Assembly (NCBI GenBank): GCA_964247055.1 | Contig: OZ176050.1 | Span: 4,216,001 to 4,280,000 of the forward strand | From: Paragordius varius | Taxonomy: Eukaryota > Animalia > Nematomorpha | Direction of reading: 5' to 3' | DNA: 64,000 nt | Shown: in pieces, positions 13,707 through 25,743 of the stretch | How the letters are laid out: each line of letters starts with the position of its first letter | Position numbering within the stretch: position 1 is the stretch's first letter | Notes under the pieces: generated by a model | Seen by the model: only the letters and a program-made list of their open reading frames with translations | Database searches by the model: none | Told to the model about the DNA's origin: nothing | Translations under genes and position numbers: made by a program

Positions 13707-14957
13707 ATGGAGTGGAAAAAATTTAATTTGGATTACAAAACAAATGAACAAATAAACATACAGAAGCAAGGTGTATCGGTAACTGTAATTGGGGATATAT
13801 GCGATTCTTATGGAGAAGGTACCATTTTATTGACAAATTTAAATATTATTTTTAAACCACCGATCGAAACTCTGCAATTTTTAATGAAAAATGATCACAG
13901 TTTTGATCTAATTATTCCTTTAAATCAAATTATCTTTGCTGAAGAAATTAAGGAATCCAATTCCGTATTAGGCATACATCTCCCTAATGCCTTAGTAAAA
14001 TTAGCCTTTGGATTAGGAGGAAGAGTGGACTTTTTCAGAGAATTGCAAATACAAATTGCTAATAAAGCCTGGCTTTTACAAATTGATAACATATCTAAAT
14101 CCATCGTTAACAAATCATTTGGTATACATGGTATTGAATCAAATTTATCACTATTAAATACATATTATAAAGAAAATATTGCGGATTCTTTTACCGATCT
14201 AAAATCTTTACGAAAAAGCGTTCAAGATGCTTTGGAACTATGCAAATCAATATCTACTCAAATATATGACAAACAAGAAAACTTATCCGATGACGAAACT
14301 GCTCTATTTAAGCGTCATTTGATGCAATTAGGGCTCAATTCATCTGCCTCCATAGATGTGTCCAAATTGAATCATTTAGAAAAAATTGCCCACAACATTA
14401 TCTACATTATACAACCTCTGCTATTAAACGATTATAAACTAAGAGATTCCTTATATAATGGGTATATGACTATACCCGAAGCTTTTTGTCGTGTGAATCG
14501 TTCTCGGGGTTTGGATTTAATTTCAACGGAAGAAATGATAAAATCTTGCCAACTTATAAACGAAATCCAAAAAGACAATAATGAATCTCATCTTATTTAT
14601 AAAGTTTTTGAAAATGGATTATCTGTCGTCTGCCTTAATGTGCTCTATGATATACAAGTAGATATTCAATATCAAAATGAATATCAACAATTTTTCGACG
14701 AAAATATTTTGAATCAAAACCAATCATTGCGTCAAATATTAGAAGCGATGGTAACGAATGCCAAAAATCACAACATACAACCGATTGAGAAATCCAATAT
14801 ATTCATCACAGCCGAAGAATTTTCACAAATATATTCTATTCCTGTTTTTATAGCTAGGGATCGCTTATTGTCGGCAGAAAATTTGGGTTATATTTGCCGT
14901 GATGATTCTATCGAAGGATTACGATTTTATATAAATTTATTTATATACCCCATTTAA
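13707..14957 (+). CDS. VPS36: ESCRT-II subunit VPS36/EAP45, single ORF of 416 aa
   Basis: GLUE-like N-terminus (GTILLTNLNIIF, KLAFGLGG), GIHGIE, FTDLKSL, PEAFCRVNRSRGLDLIS, C-terminal ARDRLLSAENLGYICRDDSIEGLRFYINLF. Confidence 0.93.
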   Translation: MEWKKFNLDYKTNEQINIQKQGVSVTVIGDICDSYGEGTILLTNLNIIFKPPIETLQFLMKNDHSFDLIIPLNQIIFAEEIKESNSVLGIHLPNALVKLAFGLGGRVDFFRELQIQIANKAWLLQIDNISKSIVNKSFGIHGIESNLSLLNTYYKENIADSFTDLKSLRKSVQDALELCKSISTQIYDKQENLSDDETALFKRHLMQLGLNSSASIDVSKLNHLEKIAHNIIYIIQPLLLNDYKLRDSLYNGYMTIPEAFCRVNRSRGLDLISTEEMIKSCQLINEIQKDNNESHLIYKVFENGLSVVCLNVLYDIQVDIQYQNEYQQFFDENILNQNQSLRQILEAMVTNAKNHNIQPIEKSNIFITAEEFSQIYSIPVFIARDRLLSAENLGYICRDDSIEGLRFYINLFIYPI

Positions 14958-14997
14958 ATGCACAGTTTCTACATGTATAAAATATATTTATAATCAT

Positions 14998-17900
14998 TCA
15001 ATCTTCGGACAGGCCGAATAGTTTGACGTTCCCAGAATCTTTATCAGATTTATCTTTATCATCACAGGCGTACGCTAATAGATATTTAGAAGGGTGCCAG
15101 GCAACAGAAAAAGTAGATGCTTTGCACTTAACTTCATCAACTTTTTCACCTATTCGCATTTATATGTAAATAATATTAAACAGAATTCAATAATAAATTT
15201 GAATAAACACTTTGATTAAAATGGCGAAAATCTAGATTTCTTATAAAATTTATAAAAACAATACAGAATATAAAAAGTGTAAATTCTGGTATTTTTAAAT
15301 TATATTACCTGTTGGGACCCTGGCTAAATCTATAATTAGGTCTTCGGATGCGCTTGCCAAAATTTTGCCATTAAAACTAAAGCTTACGCTTCTTATGGGC
15401 CAATCTAATCTAATGAATAATTTTATTTTAATACAATATTATAATATAGTTAGGGTAAGAAAGACAAATTACAATTACTTTTTCTACATGGCTAATTTAA
15501 GCCTAATATTTATATAAAAGGTGGAGTTTAATTTAGAAATAAAATAGAATTATTATCTCAAATTGCATTTTATAACTGATTGCTTTGTGATTGAATAGGT
15601 GAATTTATATATTTTAGGATAATTGACAATGACTAACTTAAAATACTATTTGTATTAAGTACAATGTCATATAAAGGGTGGAGTGATAAGAAAGTCGCAC
15701 TTGATTTGTAAGCCAAGCGTGGAAAGTTGTGCAAGTTTACTTAAGCCGCAAGTGTACACTTGAAGATCGGTGATAAAAAAACACTTAAGTCAAGTCTTTT
15801 GCTTATGAATGTAACATTTATTTGCCACCCGATTAACGGAAATTATTTGATCATTTTCCAAAATTTATGAAATAAGGCACAAAAAGATAAACAATTAATA
15901 CAATATGCATTTATTGAAGTTTTTCAAACTCACTGGCAAAAACCTTCTGCATTGGAACGAATTGGCGAGTCGGTTCTATTTTATTATCGATAAACTCAGT
16001 TGTTTGCGATTTAAGCCATGATATTGGACAATTTGGGTATCTTTTTAGAAAGACCTTCGATGGGGTTTTAATAATTTCACTGTGTGTGGAGTTTTGATAG
16101 CCATATAATACTGTGTTGATTGCCCGTGTGCATGCATTGTCTGAGTCTTGGCTCTATATCAAAATTTTAGGCTTGCAATACATCTTTCCACCAATCCATT
16201 GGACTTGGGATGGTACGGACTCACTAAAATATGTTTTATATTAAGATTATGTAAGGTACTTCTGTGGGATTTAAAATATGGCTATTATAGGTAACAATCT
16301 GCCACGGGAAACCAAATCTCGCCATATGTTTTTCTAGGCAATTCAATATTTGTTGTGATGTTATTGATTTTAGTAGATCCATCTCAACCCATCTGGAAGC
16401 ACTATCAATCGTGACTAACCAAAAATAACCGTATATGGGTCCGGCTATGTCGATGTAAATTCTCTCCCACAACGCGTTGTTGAAATTCCATTCCACGTTG
16501 GATTTCCTTTATATTAGGCTTGTTTCTTTGACACGGTTCACATGTTTCTAAAATCTTCCAAATCTCTTTCTAAGTTTGGCCAATATATGGATTGTCTTGC
16601 TTGTTGTTTCATCGATTGCGCTCCTTTATGCAGTATGTAGGAATTTCATTACGTCCCGCTGCAAGATGTGGGTATCAGTAATCTGTCATTTACGAATAAA
16701 AGATTATAGTATATTTGAATTTCATTTTTTACTTTCAGGAATTCTTTGATACTTGGATCACTCCAATCATTTGTCCGATTGCTGATTTAAGTTTGTTTGC
16801 CAGTGGTAACATTATCTCATTTTCCACTAACTCTTTTCTTAGATTAAATTTTACCGTGTGTGATACATCATCATCTTCATTTTGCACCTCCACGGTATTA
16901 TCATTATTTGGTAATCTGGTAAAGCCTCGGCTAAATTGTTTTGTCCTTTCTTATATTCCATTTCATAGTCGTATCCCGATGTTTTATAGATTTATCTAAG
17001 AAGTTTAGCATTATTAATATTTTGTAAATTTCGAGTTCGACCAAATAGCCCGATTAGTGGTTTGTGGTCGGTTATAGTTTTAAATTTTCTGCCATATATA
17101 AATGGTTTAAGGTTTTCTATAGCAAACGTGATAGCTTTTGCTTCTTCTATTGTTGATTAATTGGTTTTGGCATCGGTACATTTGCGTGAGGCGTATGATA
17201 TGGGACGCTTTCCTTCAGGGGTAATATGTAGTAAAATCGCTCCGAATCCTTTGTTTGATGCATCTGTTTCAATTAGTATCGGCCAATTTGCGTTATACGG
17301 TATAAAAGTATTGTAATTTATCATTAGTTGTTTTGCGAATCGGAACTCTCTTCCTCTGTTCAGGCCCATGGTCTGGTTGAACCTGTGTTTCTGTGAAGGT
17401 TGCATATCGCTTGATGGAGATTTGGTTTGAATCTTTCGTGAAAGTTTAGAAATCCAAAAAATGATCTCAGTTCTGTCTTATTGGTGGGTCTCGGACAATT
17501 GATCAAAGCTTGAATTTTGTCATTGGTGGGACGAATTCCATTCTTTGAAATTTCATATCGCATGTAATTGACAGATGAAACGGCAAGTTGCAATTTGTCT
17601 TTGGTCAGTTTCAACCCTGCAGCTTCCAATCGTTACAATACCCTGGTCAGCGTTGCATCATGTTCGGTTCTAGTTTTACTTGATATTAATATGTCATATC
17701 CAAATAGATACATATACCTGGTATATCACAAATCAAATTATCCATGATTCGTTGAAATATATGAGGGGCAGTAGTCAACCCAAATGGAAGTCGTTGGTAA
17801 CAATAAAAACCTTAATGGGTAGTTATGGTCAGTAGTGGTTGTGCTGATTGTTGTATGAGAATTCGCAGGTAAGCATCTTTCAGATCTAGTGATGTAAAAA

Positions 17901-20900
17901 CTGTCCCTCGAGCTGTTTTTGTGATTATTCATCAAAGGTCGGGATTACGTGGGAATCGGGTAGCAAATGAGGATTGATGCTGATTCGGAAATCCGCACAT
18001 ATCCTTATTTGACCATTTTGTAATATATTTCGAGTTGGTGTGGCCCAAGATATACGCTCTATGTTTGGATCGATTTTTCTCAGGATATCTAGGTCTAATA
18101 ATGTATCAAGCTCCTTTTCCACACGTTCTTACAGGGGTAGAGGAACTCTCCTGCAGGGGTATATTTTGGGTGTTACATTATTTTTTATTGAAATCGATAC
18201 CTCTATATTCTTTAAACAGCCTAACCCGTCCAAGAACAACCTATTATACTGAATATATATTGATTTATTAGTTATATTATTTATCATAACATGCACGAAT
18301 CCACGGGAGACCAAAAATTAATGGTCAATCTCCCTCGGTTACAAAACATTTAAGGATTTTTGTGATACCGTTCATTGTTACGCTTAATTCAGTTTTACCG
18401 ATAGTCGGGATTGTTTCGTTATTGTATGCGGATAGTCTCTGTGCTACATCTAGTCGTGGTTGTCCGGTTGATCTCCAGCATCTGTCATTGATAACCGTCA
18501 CATCAGCACCTGTGTCAAATAACATTTTTGTATGTATTCCGTTTAGTTGCACGGTTATTGTTGGGCCCATCCCAATTGAATTTGTTACTAACCGAATACC
18601 TTGTTTAATGGGACACTTGGTACGAAAATTCTTTGCAAAATGATTGTATTTTCCTTACCTATAGCAACGTTGACCTTTTGCATTACATCTGTCGATCGCA
18701 TGACGCTTGCCACATCGTTGACAGTCTCTTTTTTGCATGACTCTTTCTTGGAGGATTTTAAGCACTTTAGGTTCAATCAATTCTAGGGATCTTGCCATAT
18801 CTAGTATCATCTGTAATGACACTGATTCGCTTTCATTTTGACCCATGGGGAATCTTATATGTAATTCCCGTTCTAGGATTGGCATATTTAGTCTATCAAG
18901 AAAACATCTCTTAATAAGTATGCTATATTGCCTTTAAAATCACAATCGTCAACTATCACTTTTAGTCTTTAAACATAATTCATGATTGACTCGCCTTCAT
19001 GTCTTGTCGAATTTTTTTCGACTTAGCCATATACTTTTGTGAGGGGCAAAGATTTGGAATGCCTTTGAATTTGAGGCCATGTCATATCCTCCGAGATAAC
19101 CGTGCAACTAAACGGAATACAAACAAAAATGTTATTTGACACAGGTGCTGATGTGACGGTTATCAATGACAGATGCTGGAGATCAACCGGACAACCACGG
19201 CTAGAGGTAGGACAGAGACTATCCGCATACAATAACGAAACAATCCCGACCATCGGTAAAACAGAATTAAGCGTAATAATGAACGGTATCACAAAAATTT
19301 TTGAATGTTCCGGTAAACGAGGGAGATTGACCATTAATTTTTGGTCTCCCTTGGATTCGTGCATTTGATTTAAATTTACCCAATAATGTAATGATTAATA
19401 ATATAACTAATAAATCAATATATAATCAGTATAATAGGTTGTTCTCGGACGGGTTAGGCTGTCTAAAGAATATGGAGATATCGATTGCAATAAAAAATAA
19501 TGTAACACCCAAAATATACCTCCGCAGGAGAGTTCCCCTACAAGAACGTGTGGAAACGGAGTTAGACAGATTATTAGACCTAGATATCCTGAGAAAAATC
19601 GACCCAAATATGGAGCTGATATTTTTGGGCCACACCAACAGTAAATATATTAAAACAAAATGGTTAAATAAGGATATGTGCGGATATCCGAATCAGCATC
19701 AATCCTCATTTGCTACCCGATTCCCACGTAATCCCGATTTTCGATGAACTACAAAAACAGCTCAAGGGACAGTTTTTACATCACTCGATTTGAAAGATGC
19801 TTACCTGCAAATTCCCATACAACAATCAGCACAACCACTACTGACCATAACTACCCATCAAGATTATTGTTACCAACGACTTCCATTTGGGTTGACTACT
19901 GCCCCTCATATATTTCAACGAATCATGGATAATTTGATTTGTGATATACCAGGTATATGTATCTATTTGGATATGACATATTAATATCAAGTAAAACTAG
20001 AACCGAACATGATGCAACGCTGACCAGGGTATTGTAACGATTGGAAGCTGCAGGGTTGAAACTGACCAAAGACAAATTGCAACTTGCCGTTTCATCTGTC
20101 AATTACATGCGATATGAAATTTCAAAGAATGGAATTCGTCCCACCAATGACAAAATTCAAGCTTTGATCAATTGTCCGAGACCCACCAATAAGACAGAAC
20201 TGAGATCATTTTTTGGATTTCTAAACTTTCACGAAAGATTCAAACCAAATCTCCATCAAGCGATATGCAACCTTCACAGAAACACAGGTTCAACCAGACC
20301 ATGGGCCTGAACAGAGGAAGAGAGTTCCGATTCGCAAAACAACTAATGATAAATTACAATACTTTTATACCGTATAACGCAAATTGGCCGATACTAATTG
20401 AAACAGATGCATCAAACAAAGGATTCGGAGCGATTTTACTACATATTACCCCTGAAGGAAAGCGTCCCATATCATACGCCTCACGCAAATGTACCGATGC
20501 CAAAACCAATTAATCAACAATAGAAGAAGCAAAAGCTATCACGTTTGCTATAGAAAACCTTAAACCATTTATATATGGCAGAAAATTTAAAACTATAACC
20601 GACCACAAACCACTAATCGGGCTATTTGGTCGAACTCGAAATTTACAAAATATTAATAATGCTAAACTTCTTAGATAAATCTATAAAACATCGGGATACG
20701 ACTATGAAATGGAATATAAGAAAGGACAAAACAATTTAGCCGACGCTCTACCAGATTACCAAATAATGATAATACCGTGGAGGTTCAAAATGAAGTTGAT
20801 GATGTATCACACACGGTAAAAGTTAATCTAAGTAAAGAGTTAGTGGAAAATGAGATAATGTTAGATCCACTGGCAAACAAACTTAAATAAGCAATAAGGA

Positions 20901-23501
20901 CAAATGATTGGAGTGATCCAAGTATCAAAGAATTCCTGAAAGTAAAAAATGAAATTCAAACATACTATAATCTTTTATTTGTAAATGACAGATTACTGAT
21001 ACCCACATCCTTGCAGCGGATAATGAAATTACTACATACTGGACATAACAGAGTGCAATCGATGAAACAACAAGCAAGACAATCCATATATTGGCCAAAC
21101 TTAGAAAGAGATTTAGAAAATTTTGTAGAAACATGTGAACCGTGTCAAAGAAACAAGCCTAATATAAAGGAAATCCAACGTGGAATGGAATTTCAACAAC
21201 GCGTTGTGGGAGAGAATTTACATCGACATAGCCGGACCCATAGACGGTTATTTTTGGTTAGTCACGATTGATAGTGCTTCCAGATGTTGAGATGGATCTA
21301 CTAAAATTAGCATCACAACAAATATTGAATTGCCTAGATAAACATATGGCGAGATTCGGTTTCCCGAGGCAGATGGTTACCGATAATGGGCCATATTTTA
21401 AATCCCACAGAAGTACCTTACATAATCTTAATATAAAAATATTTTAGTGAGTCCGTACCATCCCAAGTCCAATGGATTGGTGGAAAGATGTATTGCAAGC
21501 CTAAAATTTCGATATAGAGCTACCAAGACTCAGACAATGCATGCACACGAGGCAACCAACACAGTATTATATGGCTATTGAAACTGCACACACAGTGCAA
21601 TTATGAATACCCCATCGAAGGTCTTTCTAAAAAGACACCCAAATGGTCCAATGTCATGGCTTAAATCGCAAACAACTGAGTTTATCGATAATGAAATAGA
21701 ACCGACTCGCCAATTCGTTCCAATGCAGAAGGGTTTTTATAAAGAATGAAATAGAAAAGGATGGAGGGCAGTGGAAGTACTAGAACGCAGGGGTCCGTTG
21801 TCATATATGGTAAAAGACGAAACCGACAGAGTCCTCAGAAAACACGCTGATTAATTAAAACAAAGAATGGAAGGTTCGAGAACAACCAGGCCAGTACCCG
21901 AAATACCAATTCCTTCAGAAGAAATTACCTCTACTCCACCAGATCTCGAAGCCGCAAACAATGAGATACAATCACCGATAATAGACATAACAACACAGGA
22001 TAACAACGCAAGTCCAACAACGAGTATAGACGACACACCTAAACCCAGCTATCTACAACGCCAGCGAAAACCCCGAGACCGCTTTACTATAGGGGAAAGA
22101 TAATGTTAATTTTTAATAGAATACTATTTGTATTAAATACAATGTCATAAAAAATATCTGTATAAATAAATACAATGTCATATTAAATATAAATAATAAC
22201 AATTTAACTTAGGGTTATAAACTTGGCAACTAACTTAATATGAATACCATTTGTAATGTCATATAAATTATCCATATAAATAATAATAATTTAACTTAAG
22301 GTTATAAAGAATTAACAAAAGGTATACCTCATTTTTTATTTTAAAAATATAAAAAGACAAAATATAAAAATTACCGTGATACAACATTCAAACAAAGAAA
22401 TTCATGTGCGTCCCAAATTGAAACTAAGGCGTCTGTACTGCCGACAGCAAAGTAATTTCCCTGTGGATCGAATTTGATGCAAATACAATTTGAAGGGTGA
22501 GCATGGATCATTTGTAAAGTTTTGAGCTCAGGGTAACTGTATCATAATAATTTTAAAAGCATTTATTTATATCCACATATATAATCGATTTTAATGCTTA
22601 CAAAAAAATAACCTCCGATATTTATTTTTGTTTTTATGTTATAAAAATCTATTACATTTGCAAAAAATAACCTTATTTTAATATAAGCTTTTGTCTACCT
22701 GTAAACATTTACGGTTAAAAATAAAAAAGCAAAAATATTTAGGGGATTCCTAAACAATCAGGTAGAACGACTCCAATAATTGTACCTTAGGATGGAAATT
22801 TTCCCATTGCCCGTAGTTAGGAGAAAAAGATTATTTTCATTGTTCCAACTTAATTCGTTTACTTCATATTTGAATTGTTCTTCAGCAATAATAGCATGTT
22901 TTTTTACATCTATAAAAGTCACTAAATCATCCTTGCTACCTACTGCAATGGTATTGCCATCTGGAGACCATGTAACATTAATATTTTCTCCTAAATTTAA
23001 TTACAAATTATAGAGGAAAAAACGGAATACGGTATGAATAAATCCAAATATAGGTAGTAAGGGAAGCTTTGCAAATAAATTTATTATTTGTCGAAAAACA
23101 AAATGAATTTTAAAATTATTTTAAAACGGGGCAACTATAAGAACCTTTTGTGGGAAAATTGGCAATACATTTGGAGGTTTTAATGTCCCATAAGCGAACG
23201 CTTTTGTCGCCACTAGCGGTAACTAATTGATGTGGGTTATGTGGATGCCAACAGAGTTGATCAACAGTATCAGTATGACCTTTAAGAGTTTGTTCTTTTA
23301 TCTAAATTATTTGAAAATCATAATTACCAATTTCTCACGTTCCAAAGCAAATACACAAGTGGTGCGATCAAGTGAACCAGAAGCCAATTTATCCCCACGA
23401 CAGTTCCATGCTACCGAATGTACTTTTGAAGAATGAGCATAAAAATCTTTGGATATATTGTGCTTATAAAAATATTTTCGAAGTTCAATCAATTCGTTCA
23501 T
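14998..23501 (-). CDS. THOC3: THO complex subunit 3 (WD40, Tex1 orthologue), 6 exons
   Basis: Exons 23328-23501, 23145-23301, 22786-22990, 22375-22536, 15309-15409, 14998-15149 splice in frame: AHSSKVHSVAWNC, GHTDTVDQLCWHP, GENINVTWSPDG, AHPSNCICIKFDP, LDWPIRSVSFS, VAWHPSKYLLAYACDDKD, VKLFGL. Confidence 0.97.
15938..19095 (-). mobile_element. Ty3/gypsy LTR retrotransposon internal region (partial gag, protease, RT, RNase H, integrase), pseudogenised; left arm of fold-back
   Basis: Cys/His zinc-knuckle-like CQRCGKRHAIDRC, protease LFDTGADVTVI, RT RICADFR and YQRLPFGL, RNase H IETDASNKGFGAIL, integrase RIYIDIAGP; multiple frameshifts. Confidence 0.93.
19096..22100 (+). mobile_element. Ty3/gypsy pol region (protease to integrase C-terminus and polypurine tract), pseudogenised; right arm of fold-back
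   Basis: LFDTGADVTVI, MKDAYLQIP, YQRLPFGLTTAPHIFQR, integrase Zn motif LHTGH...CEPCQ, purine tract AGGGGAAAGA at 22091-22100; no recognisable intact LTR follows. Confidence 0.93.
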
Positions 23502-23583
23502 GTGATATTTAAATTTTTAAACAAAATTTACACATGATTATAATGGGGTATGCTCCTGGCTTGTTTGAATCGAATCTTTTGAA

Positions 23584-24005
23584 TTAACACTTCGATTCAG
23601 CTATTGGTATCTAAATACCCCAGACAATATATAAGTTGATGTTTTTATAAAAATGCTGAAAAAAACGGTTTCGATTAAAATTTATGTTTATCTTAATAAA
23701 AAGTATATAAATAAACCAAAATACCTAATCAAAATTTGGTTTTGGAAATATTGTTTCAAACTACTTTAATGCGATTTTTATTTTAGAACAATATTAAAAT
23801 CGTGTTTTTTTGATTCCAAAACTAAAACTTGGTTTACTTTTAATATAAAATCACATTTAACATGGATATAAAAAGAAAAAATAGTATTATTTATTATGCT
23901 TCGGTTTAGTAATGTTATGTAAGTGCAAACTTTTGCAACGGAATTTATTCCATATTTTTAAAATTTAATATAGACTGAAATAAGTGTGTCGTATCCAAGT
24001 GTTAA
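23584..24005. mobile_element. TTAA-flanked piggyBac-type MITE, copy A (degenerate, shorter)
   Basis: TTAA-CACTTCGATTC...GTATCCAAGTG-TTAA; ends shared with the other copies. Confidence 0.75.
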
Positions 24006-24009
24006 TATA

Positions 24010-24690
24010 TAGTAAGATCGAGGTCGTGGAATTATTTCGATACCTGGGGATATGGTAGACAAAAACGGATGCTCCATTAACTCACCTCTACTCAGGTTGC
24101 GTTCCGCAAAGCTCATATTTGAGGGTTTACACTGTTTATGGCGCTCGAAAGAGGTTGGCCAAAAGCTGAAGTTAAAAATATTTAACAGTCTAATCCTTCC
24201 TAGGATTCTATATAGCTTGTCGGTGTTGCCAAATTCTATTTAGCATACCCATAAGGCACAGGTATTTGTAAATAAATCCTTGAGAGTCATCACAGGGGAT
24301 ATATGTCCAAGAAAACACAGTGCCAACTCGCAAAATAAAAACTTCACTTAAAATCGATATATTGCCTCTCATGCTGGGAATACCGTTGTCAAGTCTGAAT
24401 GTGGTGGTCCATCAGCTGCGCCATAATAAAATCAGCCGCTTAAGGCAGCTTTGGAATGGAAACTTAATGCCCACAAAGTACAAAAAACGTGGCTTGTACG
24501 TATGTGTGTTTTCCTGCAGGGTGTGGGCCTTGTGAAGACAGACTTTGTCACTCTAGTGTTAAATGGGGCTTGGAAAAAAGATGCAATCAAAGAAAGAATC
24601 GTTAGAGGAGTAGGAGAGACTTCATCACGCCAAACGTCAACGTCGACTCGAGCGACGCCTTCAAAAACTATGGGATAGTTTGTGGTTGAC
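24010..24690 (+). mobile_element. 3' fragment of a non-LTR (RTE-like) retrotransposon ORF
   Basis: RLRSAKLIFEGLHCLWRSKEVGQKLKLKIFNSLILPRILY...QVFVNKSLRVI...AALEWK resembles the post-RT C-terminus of RTE-type LINEs; frameshifted. Confidence 0.7.
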
Positions 24691-24697
24691 TGTAACC

Positions 24698-25277
24698 TTA
24701 ACTCGATTCAAATTGGGGTATCAAAATACCCCAGACTAAATTTGAATGAATATTTTTAATAAACTACTAACGGTCCCAATATAAATTTATGCTTCTATCT
24801 TGATAAATATTATATAAATATGCCAAAATATCTTGATAAAATTTTGTTTTGAAAAAAAAGCTCCATCTCAAACTACTTCGACGCCATTTTATTTTACAAG
24901 ATTTTTGCAAAATAACGTCTTTATTTAATTTTAAGGGTAAAACTCAAGCTAATTTTTTATATAAATTACATTTAACATTGATAGAAATAGAAAAAGCGGT
25001 TTAGTTTGTATAATTTTTCACTATTAAAATTTGACACATGTCACGTTGACGAAATTTTTACCTTTCGGTTTTAGCTTAAAATAAGTAATATCAAGTATTT
25101 TTGAATATATTTTTTTATATATTTCGGTTTATTAATGTTAGATAAGTGCGAAATTTTGCCATGGTTTCGATTCCTTCTATATTTTATAAAGAATTTAATT
25201 TTAAACAGGCCTGGGGTATCCAACTACACCAATTTGAATTGAAGGACTAAAATGAGTGTGTTGTACCCAAGTGTTAA
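24698..25277. mobile_element. piggyBac-type MITE, copy B
   Basis: TTAA-CTCGATTCAAATTGGGGTA...GTACCCAAGTG-TTAA; internal sequence is the reverse complement of copies C-F. Confidence 0.88.
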
Positions 25278-25380
25278 ATTTGATAGGGGGTAAATTGCAT
25301 ATAATTTAATAATATAATCTCGTTTAATTTATCTGTGGCACTACATGTTTTTACTGTATATACCCTTAGAAGCACCCATC

Positions 25381-25487
25381 AAGGAAGTGGCGTCACCCTG
25401 CCCTGAAGCGCGTGAAAGCACAGGAAGGCGGTAAGAGTCGTCCTGTGAGGACAGTGACCGTTGGTACCATGACTGTCACACCCTTTT
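25381..25487 (+). ncRNA. Unassigned structured RNA candidate (Pol III-like)
   Basis: GC-rich island; its ends pair (25387-95 with 25470-79), two internal hairpins, TTTT directly after the closing stem, TATATA at 25357-62. No family recognised. Confidence 0.35.
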
Positions 25488-25669
25488 CTGGATACCAGGA
25501 TAATTTATTTAATATCGGATTTTTTTGTTGATTCATTTTTATATATTAAATGCTTGTTATTTTTTGTATGCTTTTTACGATAGCGGCGCACATGCTATCA
25601 TTTTGAGATAAATATAATACCAAAACCCATTTGGAAAATAGAGGCATAAAATCGGGCGCATAATCCTGA

Positions 25670-25672
<3 letters not shown>

Positions 25673-25740
<68 letters not shown>
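25673..25740. repeat. (AT)n microsatellite, 68 bp, the longest of about ten in the window
   Basis: Pure AT dinucleotide run; shorter runs near 2490, 3160, 7660, 13120, 32080, 45010, 56455, 60020, 60580. Confidence 0.99.

Positions 25741-25743
<3 letters not shown>

Noticed and set aside
25403-25420. CTGAAGC-GCGT-GAAA as a hammerhead ribozyme core
   Set aside because: A9 is C, there is no stem II pairing, and no NUH cleavage triplet or stem I partner is in place.
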